64,000 nucleotides of DNA from Octopus sinensis (lineage: Eukaryota): assembly GCF_006345805.1 (NCBI RefSeq), contig NC_043005.1, positions 23,436,001 through 23,500,000 of the forward strand, written 5' to 3'. Positions 1 to 12,100 of the stretch are shown piece after piece. Position numbers and translations under genes: made by a program. The notes beneath the pieces were generated by a model. The model saw only the letters and a program-made list of their open reading frames with translations, searched no databases and was not told the DNA's origin. Position 1 is the first letter of the stretch; each line of letters begins with the position of its first letter.

Positions 1-94
1 CAAGAATCCTAAGAAATATTCCTGAGATTTGAGGAGACTTGTCACCAAACCTCAAAATAAAATAACTGCTAACTAAATTAGCATATCCTAGCGA

Positions 95-135
<41 letters not shown>

Positions 136-136
<1 letters not shown>

Positions 137-349
137 CCTTTCTACTATAAGCACAAAGGCAGCAATTTTGGGGAAGGGGTTAAGTCAATTATATCAACCC
201 CAGTATGCAACTGGTACTTAATTTATCGACACTGAAAGGATGAAAGGCAAAGTCAATCTCGGTTGAATTTGAGTTCAGAACGTAGCAGCAGATGAAATAC
301 AGCTAAGCATTTCACCCAACGTGCTAATGATACTGCCAGCTTACCACCT
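136..349 (-). mobile_element. tRNA-derived SINE family A, with (TAA)n tail at 96-135
   Basis: Head ggtggtaagctggcag, box ttctgaactcaaattc, core gtaccagtt..ctggggttgat. Confidence 0.8.
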
Positions 350-389
350 AATAATGGAGAGTTAAAAAGAAAAGAGAGTTGAAGAGAAA

Positions 390-1460
390 AGAAAGTCTAC
401 TGGAAATGAGAAACCATGGTCAATTTGAAAGAAATTCATAGGATATCAAGGATAAAACAGCACATTAAGCAAGGTGGTTTGAAGTGTACCTCTGAAAGCT
501 TGAAAATTGTAGCTCAAGACCAAACTCTTGCTACCAATTAGGTGAAGTGAAGCATCTACAAAACTTCTGACACCCAGAAATGCAAACTCTATGTAAAGAA
601 TGTGGAAAATGTAAGCCACTTGATAAGTGGATATGAGAGCTGTGGTGTATGCAAGAGAGATTCGAAATAAAGGCACCTACCTTCTCTTCACTCAGATGGA
701 GACCCTTCAGCGGTAATGGATCCTTCAACACAGCCCGACCCGAACGCTAGAAATAGCAGCTGCCCCTCCCAACCTTAACAACGTGCTGACGCCGTCTTAC
801 CCGCTCGGCGACCTGCCTCGAAAAAGGCAGGATCCTGCCCTCGCTGCACGCGCGTCACTGCTGCCCCTTCCGGTCAGCCCCAAGTTCCTGTCAGCTCCCC
901 AGCTGCTGACGTCATCCCACAAGAGCCTTGCAAAAAAGGAATGCAAATACTGCCATGAAAAAGTCTGTTTGTATCTTCTTTGGCTTTTATATAAAAAAAC
1001 ACCAATATAAAGTAATAGAGAATTGGTATCAGCATGTACCTTGTAAAGTAAGGCAGGAGGATGAGAAAGCAACGATATTCTGGGATTATGATTTTCTGAC
1101 TGAGAGAGTAACGGAGCATTGCTGACTGGGCATTATCATATTGGACAAGAAAGACAAATACTGTCAAATCATTGATGTAGCCATATGAAATGACAAGAAT
1201 ATTGCAAGTAAAGAGGTTGAATTGAAAGTGGAGATGGCAAGACTGTTTGGAACGTGAGGGGATAATGTAAATGTGATACCAGTTGTGATCAGGGCATTAG
1301 GGTCAATCCCATTGAAATTTCAGAATATCTTAAAGTGGTTTGGAATACATTGCAGCATTGGTGTCATACAACAGTCAGCCTTGTTAGGGTACTGCACACA
1401 TTTTAAGGGAAGTATTATCTGTCTAAGGTCCTTGCTTCATTGCAAAAATGAAAAAATGGT
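390..1460 (+). mobile_element. Degenerate RLE-type non-LTR retrotransposon 3' region (CCHC knuckle plus restriction-like endonuclease), interrupted by a solo LTR
   Basis: Fragments KSLAKKECKYCHEKVCLYLLWLL, NWYQHVPCKV...ATIFWDYDFLTERVTEH and IPVVIRALGSIP; many stops and frameshifts. Confidence 0.6.
641..921. mobile_element. Solo LTR (281 bp), 5-bp TSD AGAGC
   Basis: Begins TGTGG, ends CCACA; AGAGC at 636-640 and 922-926; interrupts a LINE reading frame; second copy at 34595. Confidence 0.82.
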
Positions 1461-1478
1461 GGTGGTGATGAGGTGGCA

Positions 1479-1511
1479 AAGAAGAAGAAGAAGAAGAAGA
1501 AGAAGAAGAAG

Positions 1512-1541
<30 letters not shown>
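1479..1541. repeat. (AAG)n microsatellite
   Basis: Pure AAG run. Confidence 0.95.
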
Positions 1542-1542
<1 letters not shown>

Positions 1543-1589
1543 GGAAAGAAAAAACATGGTCAATACTTGAGAAGGCTTGACAGGAGAGT

Positions 1590-2250
1590 AAGCCCAAAGT
1601 GAAAGTCAACAATGGCACAAAAGCTTCAGACTAAAAGTGGAAGCAGAACTGCTGATTCTCACTGCAAAAGACCAATGCCAGACCACAAACAGTTATAAAA
1701 ACAAAATAATCGTAAAAGGAACCTAACAGCAAATGCAGAATGTTCAACCATTACAATGGCTGACCATATCAATCTGAGTAAACATATTGACATACAGACA
1801 CACAGACTGGGCAATATGTCTTTACTTCAATACAGAAACAGACAAGAAGTGGTATAAACATGTAGCAAACATAATGCCTGACAAAGAGCTGGTTACAGTC
1901 ATCTGGGATATACCTGTCCAAACTAACAAAGACACCAAGGAAAACTGTTCACACATAATAATGAAGAGGTTGAAAAAAAATAAACTGGTTCACACTGATA
2001 GACATTGCAGTCTCTTCAGAGAAAAATATTGCTTGAAAAGAAATCCTGGAAAACCTGTCAAAATACAAGGATCTTGAAATTAAAATATTCAAGTTGGAGA
2101 GACGATGGTGAAAAATAAATGAAGCATTAAGTATAATAATAATAATAAAAAAATATGAACTAATTCATTGAATTCATACCTGAGCTCACAGCTCTACACA
2201 TTTATCCAAAAAATATCTCTGTTATGAACAGCTCACATTCTGCACAAAAC
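1590..2250 (+). mobile_element. Second degenerate RLE-type retrotransposon fragment
   Basis: KWYKHVANIMPDKELVTVIWDIPVQTNKDTKEN..IIM motif upstream of the endonuclease. Confidence 0.5.
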
Positions 2251-2649
2251 ATTATCAATTCAGTAACACAGTTCATATAGAACAATCTTCACACACAACA
2301 TACAATAAACAGCTAATAAAGTAAACCACCTGATTCACATTACGCATGCCACACACAACAGAATAGATATTAATATGACACAAGAAACAACAAGTTGAAC
2401 TCTATAACAAAATAAACTGATGTAGCATATTAACAAGAGAAGCAAAAAGCTGTTTGTTGTTTGAGAGACAAAAAGATTATTTTCTTGTTCTGAAACATGT
2501 AAGTGTTGGTGACAGAAAGGGTATCTAGCCATTGAAAATCTTTCTCAACAAACTATTCCACCTGACACATGCAAGCATTGAAAAGTGGATGTTAATGACG
2601 ATGATGATAGTAATGATGTGTGTTTGTGGGCTGTGTGTAAGCATTTTAA

Positions 2650-2868
2650 CCCTTCCATTACCAACCCGGCTGAAACCGGCTCTGGCTCTGAGTTCAAATG
2701 TCTTGTTTTAATAAGTTTTGAATTAAAATCTTCTACCAAACCTAAGTCACAATTTATGTTCCTAACACTAGATTAATGATAACTAAGTTATCTTACTAAA
2801 TTCTTTGTTAATTTAAAGTAATTGAAAGAAACACTGAACATCTCAAAATAAATACAGTAATGAAAGGG
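2650..2868. mobile_element. piggyBac-type MITE, TTAA TSD
   Basis: TTAA|CCCTTCCATTAC ... GTAATGAAAGGG|TTAA. Confidence 0.8.
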
Positions 2869-4109
2869 TTAAGAGTGAAACTGGCAGATAAGGAGGTGAA
2901 ACTGGTAGATGACGAAAAGGCAGCTAGACTGAAGGAGATATTTGGAAGTAGAATGGAAAATACACAATTATGGTTCAAATATGACGAATTAGCACCTGTG
3001 GTAAGTTTTGAAGATCTTATAGGTTTTTTGATATAAAAAAGAAAAGATACTAACTGAATTGTAAAAACAATAAAATGGAAGTTTCTACTTTGTTGGGTAG
3101 AAAGCCATTTCATTGTCATAATTCTTCATACCTCATAACTCATTTGTTAATTATTATATGTACCCCACGTTTGTGTTGTCTGTCCATGTAGTGTCCCTTC
3201 TATATATAAGGCTTCATGCCTTTAATAAAGAAATATGTGTATAAGCACTTGTGTGTATGTGTGTGCATGTGTGTGGATGTGTGTGCATGCACACGCACGC
3301 GCTTGTGTGTGTGTAGGTGAAAAGTTGTTGACTTAAGTGTTCATTATTTGTAGTTTCATAGGTATGTGAAATACATGTTCAATCATCTAATCATTCAGAT
3401 GTCCATCATAAAACTTAGGGCAGACATTTAACAATTAAACATATATGAACTTCCAAGTACTGAACACTTCATTTGAAAACTATTCTTCTATGAATATAAA
3501 ATTCCACTTCATGCACTGCATTCTCATTTCTGTTGTCTGGACATTTAAATGTATAAAATGTAAGTGTTGTAAGGACATGAGTAGCAGAGTAGGTCATGTA
3601 TTAGACAATCTGGTAAGAGGTGCGTGGTATCCTGTCACATATACAGCATTATAAAGTCAATGACCAAGATGCTTAACTCTGAATAGGATCAGTCCATGTA
3701 GCTGAAATTAGGAGGCTTGTAGCAACTTGTTATTCATATAAAAAGCACAAGTCATCACATGTGAGTGAGTGTGGTGTGGTAACACCTATCATGCTGTCAT
3801 TGATTGTTTCAGATGTCTGTAAAAATCATAGGGACCCCTTACTTTTGATCCTACAGAACATCTAAGATGTGACAAGTGGAAAGACATGGGGCTGCACCAA
3901 CCCCTGGCTGGTATTCTTTATAGTTGAATGAATTGGAGCATTATGAAATGAAAGGTTTTGCTTAAGAACACAATGCAGTGCTTATTCCAGGAATTGAAAT
4001 CATGACTTTATGGACATGAGCTGAATACTGAAACCACTGAAAGGCATTCTAGCCATGACCATACCATTTTTGTTAATGATATTCTGTTATTTTATTCTTT
4101 TATCCTTTC

Positions 4110-4359
4110 ATTCTTTTAGTCAGTTAACTGTGGCAATGCTGAAGCACCACCTTGAAGGATGTTAGTCAAACAAATTGAGCCCAGGAATTATTTTTTAAGC
4201 CTAGTACTTATTCCATCAGTCTCTTTTGCCAAACCGCTAATGTACGGAGACCTAAACACACCAGTACCAGTTGTCAAGTGATGATGGGGTGGGGAGGCAA
4301 ACACAGACACAAAGACACACACACAGCTATGTATGTATGTATGTATGTATGTATGTATG

Positions 4360-4392
<33 letters not shown>

Positions 4393-4645
4393 ATACACAC
4401 ATACATACATACATACATACATACATACATACATACATACATACATACATACATAACATATATGTGTGTGTGTGTGTGTGTGTGTGACAAGCTTCTTTCA
4501 GTTTCTGTCTACCAAATCCATTCACAAGACTTTGGTCAATCTGAGGCTACAGTAGAAGACGCCTGCCCAATGTACCATGCAGTGGGATTGAACATGGAAC
4601 CATGTGGTTGGGAAGCAAGCTTCTTACCACACAGCTACACCTGTG
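4110..4645 (-). mobile_element. Long tRNA-derived SINE family B with internal (TA/TACA)n microsatellite
   Basis: Head ..aaccacatggttcc..cccactgcatgg.., internal microsatellite, tail gcggtttggcaaaagagac..ctccagcat..gtaaaag. Confidence 0.75.
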
Positions 4646-7115
4646 CCTATGCGCAGCCACGCCTGCACCTATCTGGGTATAATGACTTCTTCCTCTTCTT
4701 TTAAGAGAGTAGCTTGAAATTTGAATGAATTTCTGCTGTTATTTCTAGTAGACAGAGCACCCTTGTTCGTTTGTAAACTCAAACCTAATCATTGTAGTCG
4801 AATGAGAGAATTTATGCTGCAAAGATAACAGCTTCAATCACTCAGTGCAATCTACAAATCCTTTGTTCCAATTATACTGTGCCTCCATTTCATTGAATAT
4901 TTTGACATGCAGTAGTTCTATAGACCAAACTGATTCAACATCTAATTTATGCTTTCAGTTAAATTTCTCCTTCCATATATTAAATGTTACAACTCAATGA
5001 ACCACAGAAGCAATTGTGAAGCGTTACAAACAAACCTTCTTTTAGATTATGATTAAAATTTATTTACAGCCTTTCAACATTTCTTCTCTGATGAAGGACC
5101 CTGCTGGAAACATTAGAATGCTCCTCTCCTCATAACACACACACACATATATATATATATATACATGGCAGTATAGCTTCTTCTGATGATAATTTCCCTA
5201 CAAACTTCAATGTACAGAGCTTCAACTCCAACCACATCAATTTAATCAGTATAAGAGGAATTGCAAAGGTCAGGGCTGCCATTTCACTTCCTTCAGTTAA
5301 TAAAGATAAAAAGGGGTCAGCTTTTTTACAAAAGAAAACTGAGAAGGGATTCAACAATCAGTTGTTATCTGTAAGACAGTGAACTGGTAGAGGTTTCAGA
5401 GCATTTGATAGAATACCTTGTGGTGTTTGTCCAGCTCTGTAATCTGAATTCAAATCCTGTCAAGATCAACTTTATCTTTTATCCTTTCAAGATCAATAAA
5501 AATGTATCAATCCTTGATAATGAATTGACAATACTGTATGAATATCAGACTGAATGCCTGGTGGTATTTGTTGCACTTCTTTGCATTCTGAGTTCAAATC
5601 CCTCCATAGCCTTCTTAGGTGGTTGGCTTAATCCACCACCTAGTCTAACTCCACCACCTGACACATTTGTCTGCTGTGTTGCATGCATTCAGACGTGGAT
5701 AATGAATTGTGTTGGGTATATTTTCTGAAAATAAAACGAGATGGTCATGGCTGGAAAGCTTTGATTACAGACTTGCATGTTCAGAGTTGATCTGAGGCTA
5801 TACAAGAACAATAACTTCATATAAAATAAGGACCCATAATATAGGTACAAGGCAACCACAAATTTCGGGACTTGCCACATTTGATAAAATTGATCCCCAG
5901 ATCTTAAAAGCTACATATTTTATTAACTCTGGGGAGATTAAAGGTAAAGTCACTTTCATGAGATTTGTTTTCAGAACCTAGAAAGAACATAACTAAATAT
6001 CAGAAAGTATTTGATCTGGCAATCTAGCCCCTCTGTTTGCCAATTTTCTCATTCTATCACCTTTGCCCACCCCTTCCACTCAACCAATTCTTCATACTCC
6101 ACCCACCTTTGTCTACCATTCTACCAATTATATTATTCTCTATTCTTTGTCTACAACTCTACCAAATCTTTTTCCTTGCTCTACCAGTCTACCAATACAT
6201 GCCTGTCTCTCACTTTTCAAGTCAAATATGGGTACAATGTGATTCAGAAATTCATATCAGAACTCCATGGTTCTGAGTTCAGTCTCACTGAATGCCATCA
6301 TGAGCAAATGTCTTCTTACACAGCCTGAGATGCTGACATATTTGAACAAACTAGAATAATTGAAATAGTGATGGTAAAATAACAAATAGCAATAACTGTA
6401 ATTTGGAAATTTACTCTTTTGTTGCTAAATTTCTAGAGAATAGACTACCTAATGCTTCAATTAACTCTTAATATAATTGGATTTTGGAAGGCATCAAGTA
6501 AACTACATTTAACTACATCTTTCTCTTTCAATGACCCTTCTTAACTCTGGGCTGTAAGATCTTCCTCTCTCAGATCTTGTTGATTTTGATTTGTCATCAA
6601 TGCTTCTATAACTTTGTTCTTTTCTAGATAGACGTCTTGGCCCTGTGCAAATCCATATTGACCTCTGGGAAGAAGTAATCCATATTAACCTGACCATTAT
6701 TCTTTGATCTGTCCAGCATTGGAGGCCCTACCAGGAGCTTGCACTCCACTGGAAGAGCTCCCAGGATCATTGAGGCATACAAGCCACCACATCACAGCAA
6801 GGACTGGACTTTGTGGTGGATGGAAATAACTTCATATTATATCATACTGATACTGACTGACTTAAATGTCATAACATGATTCACATTACGAGAGTTTGAT
6901 CTAGATTTTATAATTTTTACATGAACACATTAATAGAAGCAGTCTAAGATGGGTTGGTATTAAAAGCATTAAGAAGTGAAGAAGTGTTGTTATTGTTATT
7001 TAGCACTAAGTTGGCCCTGATTGAGAAAGCATTCAAGTAATAACCATTTTGTCTTATTTATAGAAATAAAGGTGTCTGCTTTAGGCACAAGGCAAATAAT
7101 CTTCAGAGGAGAAGT

Positions 7116-8469
7116 TAGTGAATATAAAGGACCTTAGTTTATGACTGATACTTTATTTTATTGACTGCAAAGCATGAAAAGCGAAGTTGAATCCAGCAGG
7201 ATTTGAACTCAGAACATAAAAAATCTGAAGAATATCAAAAAGCATTTCTTCCAACACTCTTATGATTCTGCCAGCTCATCATCTTATTTTCAGGAATTAT
7301 TTACACAGGAATGTAAAAGCATGTGGCTTAATAGTTAAGTTGTTGGGCTCATGACTATAAAGCTGTGGCTTTAATCCCCAGACTGGCCACACATTATGTT
7401 CTTGGGCAAGGCACTTAATTTCATGTGGCTCCCAGCTGAAAATGAATTCTACTGAGTGCTGCCTAGCAGACTAGCCTCAAATTTTGCAATATAACTGTCA
7501 ATGACACAAGATTATAGATGATAAGGTATTTAAGGTGTCATTATCCAAGTGTCCTTCTTTAAGATAGTGAATATAAAGGACCTTAGTTTATGACTGATAC
7601 TTTATTTTATGACTGCAAAGCATGAAAAGCGAAGTTGAATCCAGCAGGATTTGAACTCAGAACATAAAAAATCTGAAGAATATCAAAAAGCATTTCTTCC
7701 AACACTCTTATGATTCTGCCAGCTCATCATCTTATTTTCAGGAATTATTTACACAGGAATGTAAAAGCATGTGGCTTAATAGTTAAGTTGTTGGGCTCAT
7801 GACTATAAAGCTGTGGCTTTAATCCCCAGACTGGCCACACATTATGTTCTTGGGCAAGGCACTTAATTTCATGTGGCTCCCAGCTGAAAATGAATTCTAC
7901 TGAGTGCTGCCTAGCAGACTAGCCTCAAATTTTGCAAATATAAACTGTCAATGACACAAGATTATAGATGATAAGGTATTTAAGGTGTCATTATCCAAAG
8001 TGTCCTTCTTTAAGATAGTGAATATAAAGGACCTTAGTTTATGACTGATACTTTATTTTATTGACTGCAAAGCATGAAAAGCGAAGTTGAATCCAGCAGG
8101 ATTTGAACTCAGAACATAAAAATCTGAAGAATATCAAAAAGCATTTCTTCCAACACTCTTATGATTCTGCCAGCTCATCATCTTATTTTCAGGAATTATT
8201 TACACAGGAATGTAAAAGCATGTGGCTTAATAGTTAAGTTGTTGGGCTCATGACTATAAAGCTGTGGCTTTAATCCCCAGACTGGCCACACATTATGTTC
8301 TTGGGCAAGGCACTTAATTTCATGTGGCTCCCAGCTGAAAATGAATTCTACTGAGTGCTGCCTAGCAGACTAGCCTCAAATTTTGCAAATATAAACTGTC
8401 AATGACACAAGATTATAGATGATAAGGTATTTAAGGTGTCATTATCCAAAGTGTCCTTCTTTAAGATAG
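7116..8469. repeat. Three tandem, near-identical copies of a 452-bp unit
   Basis: Units 7116-7564, 7565-8015 and 8016-8466; the only differences seen are 1-nt homopolymer-length changes. Confidence 0.95.
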
Positions 8470-8789
8470 CAAGGTGTGCTTTGAGGAAGATTTGTCTGAT
8501 GTTTCTAGCAGTCAAGTGACCGTGTAGAGGCTCCCTTAATGACTCCTTTAAGAAGTGTGATGCGACAAGATAGTGTGACATGGGTGTTAATTATGGAAGA
8601 TTCATGGTGGTTAGTGTGAAATCATTTCAGTAACAGCTGTTTGGTTTTAATCTTAATCTGCATAAAAGTTAGAGCATTAAGCAGAAAGAGAGAGAGGGGG
8701 TAGGGGAGAGAGAGGGAGGGAGGGAGGGAGAGATAGGGAGAGAGAAAGTCAGACAGACAGACAGAGAAAGAGTGAGGCTAGGTATTAAA

Positions 8790-9050
8790 AACATCAGCTG
8801 ATGTATTTAGAAGAGATGACTTTAGTGGTATGGACAAGTGGTGTGAACAGACAGTGTGAACATATGTCAGTTGTGTTGTTGAAGATATCATAGCGGAGGA
8901 AGACTGAAAGAAGACAAGAGAGGAAGTGGTGACATTAGATCTCAGGATATGGGGTTTTCTATAGAAGACTCGACACAGGATTGAGATGAGTGACAATTTA
9001 TTTATTATATTACAAACCTGTAGAATCCTTAACGGGACTGGAAAAGCAGA
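8790..9050 (+). mobile_element. RTE LINE 3'-end relic
   Basis: WYGQVV...GGRLKKTREEVVTLDL-like remnant. Confidence 0.45.
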
Positions 9051-9059
9051 TGCTAAAAT

Positions 9060-9095
9060 GGTGATGATGATGGTGGTATGGTGGTATGGTGATGG

Positions 9096-9126
<31 letters not shown>

Positions 9127-9320
9127 GGTGGCGGTAGTGGTGATTATTATTGGTGGTGGTGGTAGTGGTAGTGGTAGTTATTGGTGTTGGTGGTGGTGAT
9201 GATAATGGTAGTGGTGGTGGTGATGAAATGATGAAGATTAACGATGGTGATGGTCATGATAATGACAAAGGCGGTGATGGTGGTGGTGATGGCAGCAGTG
9301 GTGATGGTATTAGTGACTGG
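9060..9320. repeat. Compound (GGT/GAT/GTT)n low-complexity tract
   Basis: Mixed trinucleotide repeats. Confidence 0.9.
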
Positions 9321-10063
9321 AACCATTTTGTAAATGGTAAGCCAGCTAGAAATTTCTGGACAGTGTTTCTTGGAGATATTGTTTAGGCAGTTTGCCATCA
9401 TGGTTGGGCAGTTTGCCTGGCAATATCAGAATCTTTCCAATGGCATCAGCTTCGTTAACTGATATAGATGGTAAGTTAATGTAGTGTGTACCAAAGACTT
9501 TGAGCCACCACAGAAAAGTTTCAGCTTCTTCTCATCAGAGAAGTTAATCAGATGCAGTCCATCTAGTGTTTCCTTCTAGTTGTTTTGCATTAAATAGATG
9601 AGAAATAAATATCCACATGGATAGGGTGTTAGTCTATAGCAGGTAACTTTCCCCGAATGACCTGACCTGGAAAATATTCCTTCCATTGGTTACATCATCA
9701 TCAGCTTCACCATCACTACCATCGTCATGTAAATATCTACTCTTCTATGCTTGGATGGACTGAACAGAATTTTTTGAGGCAAATTGTCTGTAGCTGGATG
9801 CCTTTTGTGTCACCAACCCTCGTGTGTTTCCTCATGGTCAGTTATGTGTTTAGAGAAGATTGGAAATGATCCCTGCTTGCATGACACGACATCCATCCAT
9901 CCATCCATATTTACATACATACATTACAAACATTACAGACATACATAAATAGATACATACACACACACATATACCTACCTACCTACCTACCTACCTACAT
10001 ACATACATACATACATACAACTGGATCCTATTACCTAGCTTTCTATAAACATTGGAATGAAAT

Positions 10064-10263
10064 TTATTTCTTTATTGCCCGCAGGGTGCTAAACATAAAG
10101 GGGACAAACAAGGACAGACAAAGGGATTAAGTCAATTACATTGACCCCGAAAGGATGAAAGGCAAAGTCGACCTCAGTGGAATTTGAACTCAGAACATAA
10201 AGACAGATGAAATACCGCTAAGCATTTTACCCAGTGTGCTAACGATTCTGCCAGCTTGCCACC
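10064..10263 (-). mobile_element. SINE family A
   Basis: Same head and B box; tail gtttgtccc..aataaagaaa. Confidence 0.8.
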
Positions 10264-10269
10264 ATGGAA

Positions 10270-11430
10270 TGAAATTTGGTGAGTCCAATAAAAATGGAAA
10301 AATTGTGCTCTCCTCTGAAAACCTAAAAAATAACAGCTTGACAATACAAACTTTACAGTCAGGTGACAATTATAGGTATCTTGAACAAGATGATGATGTC
10401 AGATAGGACAGACCCATAAATAAGGTGAAGACCAGAAATGAATACCTCAGGAGAGTAAAGAGAATATTGCTTTCAGAACTTTAAGCTTACAACAAACATA
10501 GCTCACGACACCTTTGAAATGCTTGCCCCCATGCCTATATTTCACCTTCTGAACTGATCACAACAAGAACTCAATGAGATAGGTGTTAAAATTTGGAAAC
10601 CACTCAGTGTTACCGGAAACTTTAACGTCAATGGAGATCTAGACAGGTTATACTTCCCATGCAAGGAAGGTGACCATGGTCTCACATCTGTATTGATGTC
10701 ATATAAAGCATGGATTGTGACACTGAAACAGTATCTGAAGCAGAGGAAAGAGACCAGTAAATATCTTACCCCAGTTTGTGACCATGCAATCAAATAGGAT
10801 AGCTAATGAACTTGAAGGGAGGAATGAAATATGAGCTGATACAGATTTCTCCCTAAGCACTGGTAAAATCTATTTAACAGAAGAACAAAATTAAAAAAAG
10901 ACCAGTTCACAGAGAAGATAGTACATGAATAATTGGCATGAAAAACACAAACCACAGAAGGGATTGATCATGTCAAAAGCTTGGCATGGAGTACTGACAA
11001 GCTTAAGGTATCCCATTTTGAAGCAACTTCCATGCAATTTAAGAACTAGAGATTTCCACCAAGTCCCTGCAGAGAATAAGTGGCAGAAAACATTGAAAGA
11101 CAACAAATGTAAGTTGTGCAAGACCAAGACTGAAGACATCAACCACAAGAATATTGGTGGAACTTAAAAGTTAAAACAACCAAGTTAAATACAACCTTCC
11201 AGATATTGTTGTGTGGGATCACAAGGAAAAGATATTTTCTGTTGTGGAAATCAGCTGCCTTCAAGACACCAGTGTGGTTAGAAAAATACAAGAGAAAGAA
11301 GACATCTGTGGACTATTGGTAAGAAGTTTGCAAATCCAGTACCCAAGATACACTTTCAGCTTCATACCTATTATTATTATTGGTGCAACAGGATATGTAC
11401 CAACTCATCTGGAGCCAAAGTATGACTGAA
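10270..11430 (+). mobile_element. Degenerate RLE-type non-LTR retrotransposon (RT C-terminal part, CCHC, endonuclease)
   Basis: NYRYLEQDD, LYFPCKEG, CKLCKTKTEDINH, PDIVVWDHKEKIFSVVEISC...FIPIIIIGATGYVP. Confidence 0.6.
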
Positions 11431-11585
11431 CTTGGGTTCTTGGGGTTCAGAAACTTAGGGCAGCCTGGGGCTATAGTAGAAGACATTTGTTTAGGATATC
11501 ACACAGTGGGACTGAACCCAAAACCATGTTGGTTGGGAAGAAAACTTATCCACACAGCCATCCCTGCATCTATGAAATGAAATAA

Positions 11586-11780
11586 TCTTTTCTACTCTAG
11601 GCACAAGGTCCGAAATTTTGGGGAGGGGGTCAGTTGATTAGATCACCCCCAGTACACAACTGGTACATAATTTATTGACCCAAATTCAATCTCAGCAGAA
11701 TTTGAACTCAGAATGTGAAGATAGACGAAATACCATAAGCATTTCATCCCGCATGCTAATGTTTCTGCCAGCTTGCCACC
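11586..11780 (-). mobile_element. SINE family A
   Basis: ggtggcaagctggcagaaacattagc head; core and tail as in the other copies. Confidence 0.75.
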
Positions 11781-11784
11781 TTGG

Positions 11785-11865
11785 GATACAAACACACAAC
11801 ACTTGTTGTCAAGTGGTGGTGGGGGACAGACACATAGATATACACATACATACATACATACTTAC

Positions 11866-11934
<69 letters not shown>

Positions 11935-12100
11935 GGGTTTCTTTTAATTTCTGTTTACCAAATTCACTCACAAGGCTTTGGTCGGCCCAAGGCTATAGGG
12001 CTATAGTAGAAGACACTTGCCCAAGGTGCCATACAGTGGGACTGAACCTGGAACCATGTGGTTGGTAAGCAAGCTTCTTCCCACACAACCACTCCTGCGC
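11785..12100 (-). mobile_element. SINE family B (partial)
   Basis: Same head and microsatellite. Confidence 0.7.

Noticed and set aside
1273-1602. ORF with a poly-Arg run
   Set aside because: LINE relic running into an (AAG)n microsatellite.
4188-4704. [12 protein letters not shown]-type ORFs here and at 11.7, 21.7, 24.2 and 58.8 kb
   Set aside because: Translations of (TA)n, (TACA)n and (CA)n microsatellites inside SINEs.
6509-6697. Arg/Ser-rich minus-strand ORF with an acceptor-like site
   Set aside because: Adjoins a retrotransposon-like UTR; no partner exon or recognisable homology.
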